The notes: generated by a model from the letters alone, not told the origin. A stretch of 64,000 bases of DNA from an uncultured Pelagibacteraceae bacterium (GCA_902634765.1 CACPLH010000005.1:10015-74014), one strand, 5' to 3'. Shown: positions 1 through 9,514, counted from the stretch's first letter. Translations and numbers: made by a program.

Positions 1-98
1 TCCAAGGTAATCTTATGCTCATAAGAAAACAGGACATGTCACACATTCAGAACAAGAAAATTAATTTTTAAATCGACTTTAGACTTTCTTTAGTCAGA

Positions 99-2135
99 CT
101 AATCATTAGATACAAGATTTATCAGAAAAGCATTATCTAATGCACTCTCTTCAAGTGTATTCAATCTTCCACTTTTACCTGCATGTCCACCAACTAAGTT
201 CATCTTCATTAATATTGGATTATCTGAAGTAGAGTTTTCTCTAAGTTTTGGAACGTATTTTGCAGGTTCATAGTACTGAACTTGTGAGTCATAAAGGCTT
301 GATGTCACAAGAACAGCAGGATAATTAGACGGCTTAATGTTGTCATATGGAGAATAACTTTTGATATAATCATATTCTTCTTTGTTGGCTGGATTTCCCC
401 ATTCTTTGTACTCAAACGTTGTTAAAGGTATCGACTCATCAGACATGGTGGTTACAACATCTACAAATGGAACGGCAGATATAATTCCCGTATACAACTC
501 TGGCTCCATGTTAATCACTGCCCCCATCAAAAGACCTCCTGCACTACCACCCATTGCAAACACATTTTTACTATCACCATAACCGTTCTCAATTAACGAT
601 TTAGTTGCATCAATAAAGTCATAAAAGGTATTTTTCTTATTTAAAATTTTACCATCATCATACCACTGACGCCCCATTTCAGATCCACCTCTAATATTTG
701 CAACAGCAAAAATGAAACCCCTGTTCAATAAGGGAAGAATTGAAGTTCTGAATGCAGCATCAATAATGATGCCATAAGATCCATAACCATAAACAAGAAT
801 TGGGGCTTTTTTTAAATCAATACCTTTCTTGTAAACTAGTGATATGGGTACTTTAGTATTATCTCTTGCGCTTATTTTCTGTCTCTCCACTTTGTATAAG
901 CTTTCATCATAATTACTAACCATTTGTTGCCATACCAGATCACTTTCACCAGATTGAATATCTTCTTTAAAAATCGAACTAGGTTTTTTTGGACTTGAAT
1001 AACCATAGTAAAATTCTGTATCAAGATAATTGTTATTGGTTGCTAAATAACATGAAAAAGCAGGTTCACTGAATTCTATGTATTTTCTTTCAAGTGTGTT
1101 TCTATTTATTTTGAGAATCTTAGGCAGTCCATCTTCTCTTATTTCCAAATATAAATATTGAGGAAAGGCAATAAAGTCTTCAATTAAAATCTTACTATCA
1201 TGCTCAATAACTGTTTCCCAACTATCGTAATTACTAATTTGGTCGAGATTGAATTTTAAAATTTCAAAGTTTTTTCTATCATTTGCGTTACTGCTGGCGT
1301 AAAAACATTCTGGAGTATCTTCAATGGAATAAAGATGCTTTTCGGATCTATCTAAAACGCAGAAAGGCTTACTATTTTCATCGTCTAAATCAAGCAACCA
1401 TGTTTCGGATGCTTCAGTTTTACTACTATAAATGTTGAGATATTTCTTTGTTCTAGACTCAAATATATGTAAATGAAATTCTGTATCCTTTTCTTCGTAT
1501 ATTAGAATATCTTCTTTTGTGTCAGTACCCACTTTATGTTTAAACACTTTATTTTCAATCAAGGTAACAGGGTCTTTAAGTGCATAATAAATGGTATCAT
1601 TATTTTGGTTCCATACCACAGTTCCTGAAGATCTTTGTATACTCTCGTCAATTATCTGACCTGTTTCTAAATTCTTGATCCTTATATTGTATTCTCTACG
1701 TCCGGATAAATCTTCTGCATAAGCTATATACTGATTATTTGGTGAAGGAATAATAGAGGCCACATTAAAATAATCTAAATCTTTTGCTAATTTATTTACA
1801 TCAAGGACTAATTCTTTTTTTCCATCAATTTCACGATAATATGTTTTGTATTGTTGATCTGAACTAATCTCTGAAAAATATAAATAATTACCAAACTTAA
1901 CCTTCATAGAAACTTCATGAGGTGGAATGAAGCTTACTAATTCATCATAAATTTCTTTTCGACAATCGTTCTTACTTTCAAACCAGGTCTCTAAATATTT
2001 ATTTTCAGATTCTAAATACGAAATGACCTCTGGATTTTTACGAGTATCATCTCTAAGCCAGTAATAATTATCAACACGTTTATCTCCATGAGCAGTATGA
2101 ATTTTTTTAATTTTTTTAGGCTGAGGAGGCTTCAT
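99..2135 (-). CDS. ptrB: Oligopeptidase B (S9A prolyl oligopeptidase family)
   Basis: 678 aa; N-terminal HGDKRVDNYYWLRD; catalytic GGSAGG, YDSQVQYYEPAK and C-terminal GGH motifs. Confidence 0.92.
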   Translation of the reverse strand: MKPPQPKKIKKIHTAHGDKRVDNYYWLRDDTRKNPEVISYLESENKYLETWFESKNDCRKEIYDELVSFIPPHEVSMKVKFGNYLYFSEISSDQQYKTYYREIDGKKELVLDVNKLAKDLDYFNVASIIPSPNNQYIAYAEDLSGRREYNIRIKNLETGQIIDESIQRSSGTVVWNQNNDTIYYALKDPVTLIENKVFKHKVGTDTKEDILIYEEKDTEFHLHIFESRTKKYLNIYSSKTEASETWLLDLDDENSKPFCVLDRSEKHLYSIEDTPECFYASSNANDRKNFEILKFNLDQISNYDSWETVIEHDSKILIEDFIAFPQYLYLEIREDGLPKILKINRNTLERKYIEFSEPAFSCYLATNNNYLDTEFYYGYSSPKKPSSIFKEDIQSGESDLVWQQMVSNYDESLYKVERQKISARDNTKVPISLVYKKGIDLKKAPILVYGYGSYGIIIDAAFRTSILPLLNRGFIFAVANIRGGSEMGRQWYDDGKILNKKNTFYDFIDATKSLIENGYGDSKNVFAMGGSAGGLLMGAVINMEPELYTGIISAVPFVDVVTTMSDESIPLTTFEYKEWGNPANKEEYDYIKSYSPYDNIKPSNYPAVLVTSSLYDSQVQYYEPAKYVPKLRENSTSDNPILMKMNLVGGHAGKSGRLNTLEESALDNAFLINLVSND

Positions 2136-2171
2136 ATAATTGATTGTTATTAATTTTAGAATAAATTTCTA

Positions 2172-3365
2172 TTAGAAATATTTAGCAATTTTAATCTTGA
2201 AATTTGAGTCATCTTTAAATGCATAGTTATAATCGCTACTATCAATACTACCACTAATAATAGCTTCTATAAAAATTTTGAAATCATTCTTTAATCGCTG
2301 CTCATACTCAATAAAAAACTGATTCGAATTACCATCTAAATCAACAATTGATCCAGCTAGTAAGGTAGTTGAGTTAATATCATTTTTAGTCCACCGTATT
2401 CCAATAGAACCCTCATTATTGAAGGGTTGATCATTCCTATCATCAAACAAATATTCAATGATTAATCCTAAATCTTGGGATGAATTATTGAATCCATAAT
2501 ACGTGTACTCAAAACCACCTGCTGTACTAAAATATTGTTCTGACATTAATTCAGCAAATATTACCTCAAGTTTATATAACCATGCATCTTTGGTTGCTTG
2601 AATATCAATACCAGTTTGAGATAATAAAGGGTAATATTGATCTAATTTTAAACTCGTTTGATTAATACTTAATTTTGGATTTCTTGAATTTCCATAGAAA
2701 TGATAAAATCCGATATCAAAATCATCAATCATTGTTGAATATCTTATTGCAAAATCTGTATGTTTTTCTGCTTTTGAAGACTCATATGAAATTGAATTTT
2801 CATCAATTTCTAAGTTTAACCTTGGTCGACCATTAGCACCTGGGAATATTTGTTCCCTGAAATAAGGCAATATATAAAAATCAACATCACCAAAATCTCT
2901 ATAAAGAGATACAGCTATCATAGGCTGACCTAGCTTTTTTGTTCCTGACAAGTTCTCAGCTAAATTTGATTGGTTAATAATATCAACCAAATGAAAACTT
3001 TCATTAACTCCCCAGAAGACAACCTCATTTCCTAGTTTAATTGTTGCGTCATCAAAGTAATACTCATACTTGAGTTTTTGGAAATCGAAGTATGTTCTAT
3101 TATGATCTTCTCGATCATATCTACCTAAAGTACTTATTGATATTTTAGCATTATCATCTTGAATAAATGTTGTGAAATTTGCTGTTCCTAATATGGATGG
3201 TTTTTCTCGTGATTGATTATGTCTACCATCACCATTTATGAATAGAGAGTATTCAGGTTGAATACTTCCATATAGATTATATTCAAAAGATAAAGCTCTA
3301 CTTGAAGATAGCAATGCCGCAATAATGAATGTATAAATTAAATAAAGCTGTATTAATCTAATCAC
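2172..3365 (-). CDS. Putative outer-membrane beta-barrel protein associated with the MMPL/LolA-like pair
   Basis: Signal peptide, alternating aromatic/polar strands, C-terminal Phe (KIKIAKYF), VFWGVNESFHLVDIINQ segment; co-oriented with the two upstream genes. Confidence 0.65.
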   Translation of the reverse strand: MIRLIQLYLIYTFIIAALLSSSRALSFEYNLYGSIQPEYSLFINGDGRHNQSREKPSILGTANFTTFIQDDNAKISISTLGRYDREDHNRTYFDFQKLKYEYYFDDATIKLGNEVVFWGVNESFHLVDIINQSNLAENLSGTKKLGQPMIAVSLYRDFGDVDFYILPYFREQIFPGANGRPRLNLEIDENSISYESSKAEKHTDFAIRYSTMIDDFDIGFYHFYGNSRNPKLSINQTSLKLDQYYPLLSQTGIDIQATKDAWLYKLEVIFAELMSEQYFSTAGGFEYTYYGFNNSSQDLGLIIEYLFDDRNDQPFNNEGSIGIRWTKNDINSTTLLAGSIVDLDGNSNQFFIEYEQRLKNDFKIFIEAIISGSIDSSDYNYAFKDDSNFKIKIAKYF

Positions 3366-3374
3366 TTATAATTA

Positions 3375-4163
3375 TTAGTTAGATAATTTTTGAAGACTTG
3401 ATTTTTCAAAATCTTTCTTATTTAAGCCTACATTAAGTTTTCGATTTTTCCACTTAAGTATAGTTGTATTTTTATTTTGATGATTTACAACTCTAAATGT
3501 ATCTGCATTCCAAATTTTATTATTGTATAATTTATAATCTTCAAAAAAAATTGTCTTTAAAAGCTGTCCTTTGCGATCATAGTAATCAATTTTACTAGCT
3601 CTAAAGAGACTATCAGTAAGTCCTACTCTTTTTGAATATCCTGAATTCTTATCTTTGGGATAAGACTCTATCTTAGACTGAAGTTCTCCCTGATAATTTT
3701 CTTCACCAATATATTTCCAATTATACTTCCGATAATCTAATCCAGAAAAATCTTCAAAAGCTATTTCACTTCCCATAAATGAACCAGATTTATTACTTGA
3801 AGAAATTCTTTTTACTCTTCCAAGTGCGGGGAGGTATAGCCATTGGTCATCATCATCATTTACATGCGTATGAGAGAGCATAACGGTTCCCTCAACATCT
3901 TTTGGTTTATTAAAATATGTTATTGACCTATCTCCATCATCTGGATCAAGGTTTTCTAATGTTTTACCTGAAATTTCTCTTTCAACTTTATTTCCTTGAG
4001 GATCAATAAGTATCATAATTTGATCTGACTCACTATCCACAAAACCTCTCGAATTTTCATAAGATTTTTTTGCGATATTTTTACCCTTTTCTTCAAGAGT
4101 TTCAGCAATCGAAAAAGAAGGTAGCGTTAAAATAAAAATGAAAGTGAATAATTTTTTTAACAT
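3375..4163 (-). CDS. Outer-membrane lipoprotein-sorting (LolA-like) periplasmic protein
   Basis: DDDQWLYLPALGRVKRISSSNKSGSFMGSE motif; start moved to ATG 4163 (MLKKLFTF), which gives a signal peptide and removes the overlap with the MMPL gene. Confidence 0.82.
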   Translation of the reverse strand: MLKKLFTFIFILTLPSFSIAETLEEKGKNIAKKSYENSRGFVDSESDQIMILIDPQGNKVEREISGKTLENLDPDDGDRSITYFNKPKDVEGTVMLSHTHVNDDDDQWLYLPALGRVKRISSSNKSGSFMGSEIAFEDFSGLDYRKYNWKYIGEENYQGELQSKIESYPKDKNSGYSKRVGLTDSLFRASKIDYYDRKGQLLKTIFFEDYKLYNNKIWNADTFRVVNHQNKNTTILKWKNRKLNVGLNKKDFEKSSLQKLSN

Positions 4164-4171
4164 AGTGTATA

Positions 4172-6463
4172 TTAAGCCTTTCTGGATGAGATTAATAGCA
4201 GTGCTGGTAATAAAAGTAAGTCTACCAAAAGTGCAATAGCAATAATTAAAGCGCACATTCCTCCTATAATATAATTAGATATGAAGATCGACTGAGTTAA
4301 GAATAAAAAGCCAATAAATAAACATATTGACGCAATAATTATCGGATAACCAACGTACTTAAAACAATATTGAATTGAATTTTGAGGAGATAAGCCTAAT
4401 GCTATCGCTTTTTTATATTTTGTTAAAAAATGAATTGTTGCGTCAACGACTAGTCCTATAGATATTAATACTGATGTTTGATGTGGGCCTTGAATCATTC
4501 CTGAGGTTAATGCTCCAATAACTCCAAATCCTAAAATAAACGGAACAATATTTGGTATAATGCTTATAAGACCGTACTTGAAACTTCTAAGTGCAAATCC
4601 AATAAGAATTACTATAAAAGTAAATGAGAAGACTAATCCTGTCATAAGACCCATGGAGTTTTGTTGGTTTAAATATGAAAACATAACAGGTATGCCTGCT
4701 AAACCATCAGTTTTGTATGGTCCCATATTTGAGTTTATCCACTTAATAATTTCATCATTAATTTTCACAACTTCTGATGCTGTTGCATAGTTGATTCTTA
4801 CTAATAATCTTGAGTCAGATTTGTCAGCTGTCATTTGATTTTTAAGGTCCATGCCAAAAGGCACAGAAAACTCATATAGGAGAAGATACTGTGCGATTAA
4901 TGCCTTGTTATCAGGGACACTATAATACTTTTCTTGCCCTCCATTCATATTCTTATTTAAAGTTTTAATAACATTTGAGACTGTCGTTACATTAATAAAT
5001 GTATATTGCTCCTCTAAGTAATTACTAAAATCTTCTAATTTCTTTAAATACGCTGGATCAGTAATACCGTCTGATTGATCTGTTTTTATATCTGCAAAAA
5101 GAAAAAAAGAGCTTCCAAATTCTTTATCGACTACATCCTTTACTTCTAGCCATGAGGGTACTCGATCAAAATAATTATCCCACTTTTCATCAAAGTATAG
5201 ATTCGCTAAAAAACTAAATAGAACTATTGATATTGTTCCCATAGTTATTAAGAGAGTATATTTAAAATTAAATATAAATATTCCCAGGCGTTCTAAAGCA
5301 CCAAGAATTATAACTGACTTTACTTTAGATTTAATTGGTAAGAGTGAAAATAAAATAGGCAGCAATGTAACAGAAAGAATGAAGCTATAAGCAGAACCTA
5401 CTACAACAGTATTCGCCATTTCTGAAAAAGCAGGAATTTTACCTAAGTTAACTCCTCCCATTCCAATAGCAGTTGTTAAGCTCGTCAAGAAAACAGGAAC
5501 AAAATTAATCTTCATACTTTCAACAACAGCTTGATTTCGACTCATGCCTTCTGACATGTTTGTCATAGCGATTGAAATTATGTGTATCGAATGAGCCAGA
5601 GCAATAGTTAAGATAATAATTGGAGCAATAATTAGTGGAGGATTAACATCAAATCCAAACCAACCTGCTGACCCCATTGACGGCAAAATAGAAAGAATAA
5701 TAACAAAGATCGTAATTAAAGAGGCAAGAATAGATCTTAATAAAATATAACTTAGTATAAATATTAGGATTACAAAAATTGGATACATTGTTTGAGCATC
5801 TCGTTCTGCAGTAGTCTGGAAATTATGTGCATACTGAACAGTTCCTGCGATACCAACGAAAATGTCAGGATACTTTTCTTCAAAATATTCTTTCTGCTCT
5901 TTAGCAAACTCCATCGGTTCAGTAAAAGTAACATCTTCTGGCATTTCTAGATAAATGTTAACAAGACTAGCTTTCGAATTTTCAGAGAGGATAAAATGAA
6001 CAACATTATCTTCCTTTAATGCTAAGCTCTTTAGATTACTCAGGTCATCTTCAGTGAGACTATCAATATTAGTTATGAAATCTCCAATATCTATATCATC
6101 GCCATTTACTTTTGTGTATTGGTGATTTGTTATGGACTCTACTCTCGATGAATAAGGTGTTTGCCAAGAATTATTAGTAAGTTCATCAATTAATAGTAAT
6201 ACATCCTTCTGGAATATATCGCCTTCATCAGCTTTAATTGCATATGTTAATACATCTATCTTTCCATACTTTTCCTCTAGATTTGTAATGTTTTTGTAGT
6301 GCGTAAACTCATTTTCGACAAAACCCCTGTAACCAGAAGGAGTCTCTAAAAAACGCATACCAGAAGAAATAAAAAGAATTATTATAGATAATAGTAATAT
6401 CGATTTGAATCTGTGAGATATCAAAAGATTTGTATATTTTTCTATATATGAGTCGATGTTCAT
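4172..6463 (-). CDS. MMPL/RND family transporter
   Basis: 763 aa; two repeats of 1 TM, periplasmic loop and 5 TM; PVFLTSLTTAIG and GLVVDATIHF motifs. Confidence 0.88.
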   Translation of the reverse strand: MNIDSYIEKYTNLLISHRFKSILLLSIIILFISSGMRFLETPSGYRGFVENEFTHYKNITNLEEKYGKIDVLTYAIKADEGDIFQKDVLLLIDELTNNSWQTPYSSRVESITNHQYTKVNGDDIDIGDFITNIDSLTEDDLSNLKSLALKEDNVVHFILSENSKASLVNIYLEMPEDVTFTEPMEFAKEQKEYFEEKYPDIFVGIAGTVQYAHNFQTTAERDAQTMYPIFVILIFILSYILLRSILASLITIFVIILSILPSMGSAGWFGFDVNPPLIIAPIIILTIALAHSIHIISIAMTNMSEGMSRNQAVVESMKINFVPVFLTSLTTAIGMGGVNLGKIPAFSEMANTVVVGSAYSFILSVTLLPILFSLLPIKSKVKSVIILGALERLGIFIFNFKYTLLITMGTISIVLFSFLANLYFDEKWDNYFDRVPSWLEVKDVVDKEFGSSFFLFADIKTDQSDGITDPAYLKKLEDFSNYLEEQYTFINVTTVSNVIKTLNKNMNGGQEKYYSVPDNKALIAQYLLLYEFSVPFGMDLKNQMTADKSDSRLLVRINYATASEVVKINDEIIKWINSNMGPYKTDGLAGIPVMFSYLNQQNSMGLMTGLVFSFTFIVILIGFALRSFKYGLISIIPNIVPFILGFGVIGALTSGMIQGPHQTSVLISIGLVVDATIHFLTKYKKAIALGLSPQNSIQYCFKYVGYPIIIASICLFIGFLFLTQSIFISNYIIGGMCALIIAIALLVDLLLLPALLLISSRKA

Positions 6464-6568
6464 GAGTTGGAAAATACTATTTAATCATCATAAAGGAAGT
6501 AAAATTTCTATATACAATAAAGATATTTAATCAGTTTTTTATTAATAATCTAAAAATTCTTAATAGTC

Positions 6569-6642
6569 TGGTGCCCCTAGCTGGTTACGCTCCAGCGGCT
6601 GATCATTACCAATGACCTGCTTTACTATTAAGCGATAGGGGC
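6569..6642 (-). tRNA. tRNA-Thr(GGU), 74 nt, encoded CCA, non-canonical D- and T-loops
   Basis: Reverse complement GCCCCTA TC GCTT AATAGTA AAGC A GGTCA TTGGTAA TGATC AGCC GCTGG AGCGTAA CCAGC TAGGGGC A CCA; all four stems pair; anticodon GGT; Thr identity pairs G1-C72 and C2-G71. Confidence 0.9.
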
Positions 6643-6652
6643 ATTAATTTAA

Positions 6653-6681
6653 ACTATAGATGGCACATCATATGATAGCAA
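6653..6681 (-). promoter_or_regulatory. Sigma70-type promoter for tRNA-Thr
   Basis: Minus strand TTGCTA (6681-6676), 17-bp spacer, TATAGT (6658-6653), 10 nt upstream of the tRNA. Confidence 0.65.
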
Positions 6682-6693
6682 AAAAATTGAAAT

Positions 6694-6737
6694 TGTTAAA
6701 AATTACACTACATGATGTTAAAAATTACACTACATGA
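6694..6737 (+). repeat. Perfect 22-bp tandem duplication
   Basis: TGTTAAAAATTACACTACATGA twice (6694-6715 and 6716-6737), just upstream of the cytochrome c start. Confidence 0.95.
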
Positions 6738-6746
6738 AAAGTAATC

Positions 6747-7187
6747 ATGAAAGCCGCAATAATTACCTTAGCTATATTAGTTATTACCTTCTTTATATAT
6801 CAGTATAACTCAAATAATAGAATTGAAGAAGAAGTTGCAAAAGTACAACAATCAATTCAACCTAAAACTATAGCGCTTTATCAAGATTATTGTGCATCAT
6901 GTCATGGTGTAAAATTAAAAGGTCAAGAAGGTTGGCAGAATAAACTCGATGAAGATGGCCATCGACTTGCTCCTCCTCTTAATGGAACAGGTCATACATG
7001 GCATCATTCTCCTGATTATTTATTTCGTGTTATTAAATATGGGTTTCAAAGCTATGATCCTTATTATGAGGGTAAAATGGTTGGGAATAGCAACCTTAGT
7101 GATACTGAGGTTTGGGATTTAATAGCTTATTTAAAGCAGGAATGGCCTACTCAAATACAAGATGTTTATAATAGTAGATACGAGTAA
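6747..7187 (+). CDS. Monoheme cytochrome c, N-terminally anchored
   Basis: CASCH heme motif; APPLNGTGHTWHH segment; Met axial-ligand candidate in GKMVG. Confidence 0.88.
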   Translation: MKAAIITLAILVITFFIYQYNSNNRIEEEVAKVQQSIQPKTIALYQDYCASCHGVKLKGQEGWQNKLDEDGHRLAPPLNGTGHTWHHSPDYLFRVIKYGFQSYDPYYEGKMVGNSNLSDTEVWDLIAYLKQEWPTQIQDVYNSRYE

Positions 7188-7214
7188 CCTTATAATGTAT
7201 TTAAGTTAATCTAA

Positions 7215-7231
7215 TTATCCACATATCCACA
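7215..7231 (+). promoter_or_regulatory. Tandem DnaA-box matches
   Basis: TTATCCACA (7215-7223, perfect) followed by ATATCCACA (7223-7231, 8/9). Confidence 0.5.
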
Positions 7232-7296
7232 ACTTAACAAATATGAAAATTTTTTTTCTTCTTTAATAATTTTTTTTAATCAATTAGAATTGTTTT

Positions 7297-7409
7297 ATCG
7301 GCGCGTAGAAGTCGAAAGCCCTTCGGGGAGTTTGGTCAGAAGCGTGGCGTGTTTCGGGGTTGTAGAGAGAGCTTTTCGGAGTGATTTGTACAACCCCGTT
7401 TCTTTTTTT
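7297..7409 (+). ncRNA. Candidate structured small RNA of unassigned family
   Basis: 56 of 101 bases G+C (7298-7398) in very AT-rich intergenic DNA; hairpins TCGGC/GTCGA, CCC-TTCG-GGG and CGGGGTTGTA/TACAACCCCG with apical TTCG; 3' U-tract; TAGAAT -10 at 7285-7290. Confidence 0.65.
7355..7409 (+). terminator. Intrinsic terminator-like long hairpin
   Basis: 10-bp stem 7355-7364/7389-7398 followed by TTTCTTTTTTT. Confidence 0.7.
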
Positions 7410-7415
7410 ATTCTC

Positions 7416-8441
7416 TCATTTATCAAAATCTAATTTAAGTGGTGATAATAAAATATTCCCTCTTATGTCTCCGATTAAAACATGAGAGCAATCAGGTAAC
7501 GAAGATATAGCTGAAATCTCTAAACCGGTAGGATTTTGTATCAATATGGGATTTTTATACTCATCTACCTCTGAAAAAAAAACCTTACCATCTCGAAAAC
7601 CTGCAAAAAAAGCATTTTCTCCTGACAAAGGCTCTATGAATGTTACATTTTGGTCACCGCCATTAGTAAGGCAAATTGGTTTACGTTCTTGTGGCCCATT
7701 TTTTCCATCAAAAGGCCAACATATCGACTCTTTTGCACCTGAAGTTATAAGAAAAGGCGTGTCTCCAACCCAAGCAAAACTTTTTATTTTTTCTGAATAG
7801 CCTGACATTGCCATATTAATTTTGTCACGAATACGCCATATATGAAGCTCATTTTCCTGCATCGCCGTGATAAGGTATTTTCCGTCTGGGCTAAAACTCA
7901 CCTTACCATGAGAACCTTTCCATACAAATCTCGAGGGCTTCCATTTTTTATTGCCTAATCGCCATACTGTTGCCCCTCCATAACAAGATATTGCTATTCG
8001 TTTTCCATTTTGATCGATTGTAATTCCACCAACAGTACTATCATGTTCTAGTAATTTTGGATTCTTATCACCATTCGACCAAACATAAGCAGTTCGACCA
8101 GAAGAACAAACAAGATTGTCCTCGAATACAGCTAAACAATCTACCCAACGAGTACCAAAATTAGTTATTTCATTTATTTTACCATCAATAGAAATCTGCA
8201 AAAAACGTCCATCATCTCCACCTGTATAAATATACTTACCATTTGATGACATACATAACACAACACCATTATGTGCTTTTATCACATGCGGCTCCTCACC
8301 ATAACGAAAGAAACGTACTGTTCCATCTCCAAAGCTAACAGCAATTGCATCATGAAGTGGAACTGCTCCTATAACAGGAGCACCAACATCAAACTTTATA
8401 CCTTTTCGCTCAAATTCTGTTTGATTAAATTCAGCACTCAT
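7416..8441 (-). CDS. WD40-repeat beta-propeller protein (COG0523-associated)
   Basis: Repeated H..V...A/S and W-x patterns ([29 protein letters not shown]); 4-bp overlap with the COG0523 gene. Confidence 0.82.
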   Translation of the reverse strand: MSAEFNQTEFERKGIKFDVGAPVIGAVPLHDAIAVSFGDGTVRFFRYGEEPHVIKAHNGVVLCMSSNGKYIYTGGDDGRFLQISIDGKINEITNFGTRWVDCLAVFEDNLVCSSGRTAYVWSNGDKNPKLLEHDSTVGGITIDQNGKRIAISCYGGATVWRLGNKKWKPSRFVWKGSHGKVSFSPDGKYLITAMQENELHIWRIRDKINMAMSGYSEKIKSFAWVGDTPFLITSGAKESICWPFDGKNGPQERKPICLTNGGDQNVTFIEPLSGENAFFAGFRDGKVFFSEVDEYKNPILIQNPTGLEISAISSLPDCSHVLIGDIRGNILLSPLKLDFDK

Positions 8442-9409
8442 GCTGATTTGCAGCCTTCAAATCCCTCCTGAAGATTCATACTCTCAAGATTTCTTCCAAT
8501 GAATACTACCCTTGAATTACGATCTTTATTTTTGGGCCAAGGTCCCATAGGTGATGCATCCATAAGCATGTGCACACCCTGAAACACATAACGTTCTTCT
8601 TCACCTTTAAAATCAAGAATTCCTTTAGATCTTAAAATATCTTGACCTTTTGTTTGTAAAAGCTCTCCAAACCATGACTCAAATTTTTGCATATCAAGAG
8701 GAATTTCAGAAACAAATGAAACACTGGTAACATCATCGTCATGGTCATGGTCATGATCGGACTCTAAGAAATCAGGCTCTACTTCAAGAACACGATCAAG
8801 ACTAAAGGCATTAAGACCAAGAATCTCTTCAAGAGGAGCTTCGCAACGATTGGTTTTAATTATTCTTGTATAAGGATTGATTTTTCGAATTCGCTCTTCA
8901 ACACCTACAAGTTTACTTTCATCTACTAGATCAATTTTATTTAACAATACAACATCTGCAAATGCAATTTGTTCTTCTGCTTCGTGATGGCTCCCCAACT
9001 GTGAACTCAAATGAACAGCATCAGCAACAGTTACAATTGCATCAAGTTTTGTACGATCAGAAACATCTTGATCGACAAAGAATGTTTGTGCAACTGGAGC
9101 TGGATCAGCGAGTCCAGTAGTTTCAACAATGATTGCATCAAGTTGATCTGCTCGTTTCATAAGACCGCCAAGAATACGTATTAGGTCACCCCGTACAGTA
9201 CAACAGATGCATCCGTTATTCATCTCAAACACTTCTTCGTCAGCGTCAACAACAAGGTCATTATCAATTCCCTGTTCTCCAAATTCATTTACAATAACCG
9301 CGTAACGACGACCATGCTGTTCTGTTAGAATTCGATTTAAAAGTGTTGTTTTACCAGCTCCCAAAAAGCCTGTTAATACCGTGACTGGAACTTGAGAAAT
9401 ATCATTCAT
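8438..9409 (-). CDS. COG0523/CobW-family G3E GTPase, zinc metallochaperone
   Basis: [18 protein letters not shown] and NKID motifs; DHDHDHDD linker; CobW C-terminal domain; upstream Zur box. Confidence 0.93.
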   Translation of the reverse strand: MNDISQVPVTVLTGFLGAGKTTLLNRILTEQHGRRYAVIVNEFGEQGIDNDLVVDADEEVFEMNNGCICCTVRGDLIRILGGLMKRADQLDAIIVETTGLADPAPVAQTFFVDQDVSDRTKLDAIVTVADAVHLSSQLGSHHEAEEQIAFADVVLLNKIDLVDESKLVGVEERIRKINPYTRIIKTNRCEAPLEEILGLNAFSLDRVLEVEPDFLESDHDHDHDDDVTSVSFVSEIPLDMQKFESWFGELLQTKGQDILRSKGILDFKGEEERYVFQGVHMLMDASPMGPWPKNKDRNSRVVFIGRNLESMNLQEGFEGCKSA

Positions 9410-9473
9410 AATTTTTACATTTATTATTTTAAAAAAAATAATTTTAGTCTTTTATTGAAAATTTTGCGATATA

Positions 9474-9493
9474 AAATGTTATATTATAACGAT
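9474..9493. promoter_or_regulatory. Zur box upstream of the COG0523-WD40 genes
   Basis: AAATGTTATATTATAACGAT; palindromic core GTTATA-T-TATAAC matches the proteobacterial Zur consensus. Confidence 0.85.
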
Positions 9494-9514
9494 AAAAATT
9501 ATTAATAATTTTTT

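Noticed and set aside
1-98. Possible 3' end of a gene at the window start
   Set aside because: Several short frames are possible and none is recognisable
6464-6642. tRNA-Thr as an integration site for a genomic island
   Set aside because: No integrase, and I saw no duplicate of the tRNA 3' end in the window
7190-7300. Firm oriC call
   Set aside because: Only two DnaA boxes, no dnaA, gidA, parAB or hemE nearby, and no clear gene-orientation switch; kept only as a hypothesis
7297-7409. Known riboswitch or ribozyme identity for the structured RNA
   Set aside because: It lies between convergent genes and lacks SAM-II/V, glycine, TPP, cobalamin, SRP and hammerhead (CUGANGA) core motifs by eye
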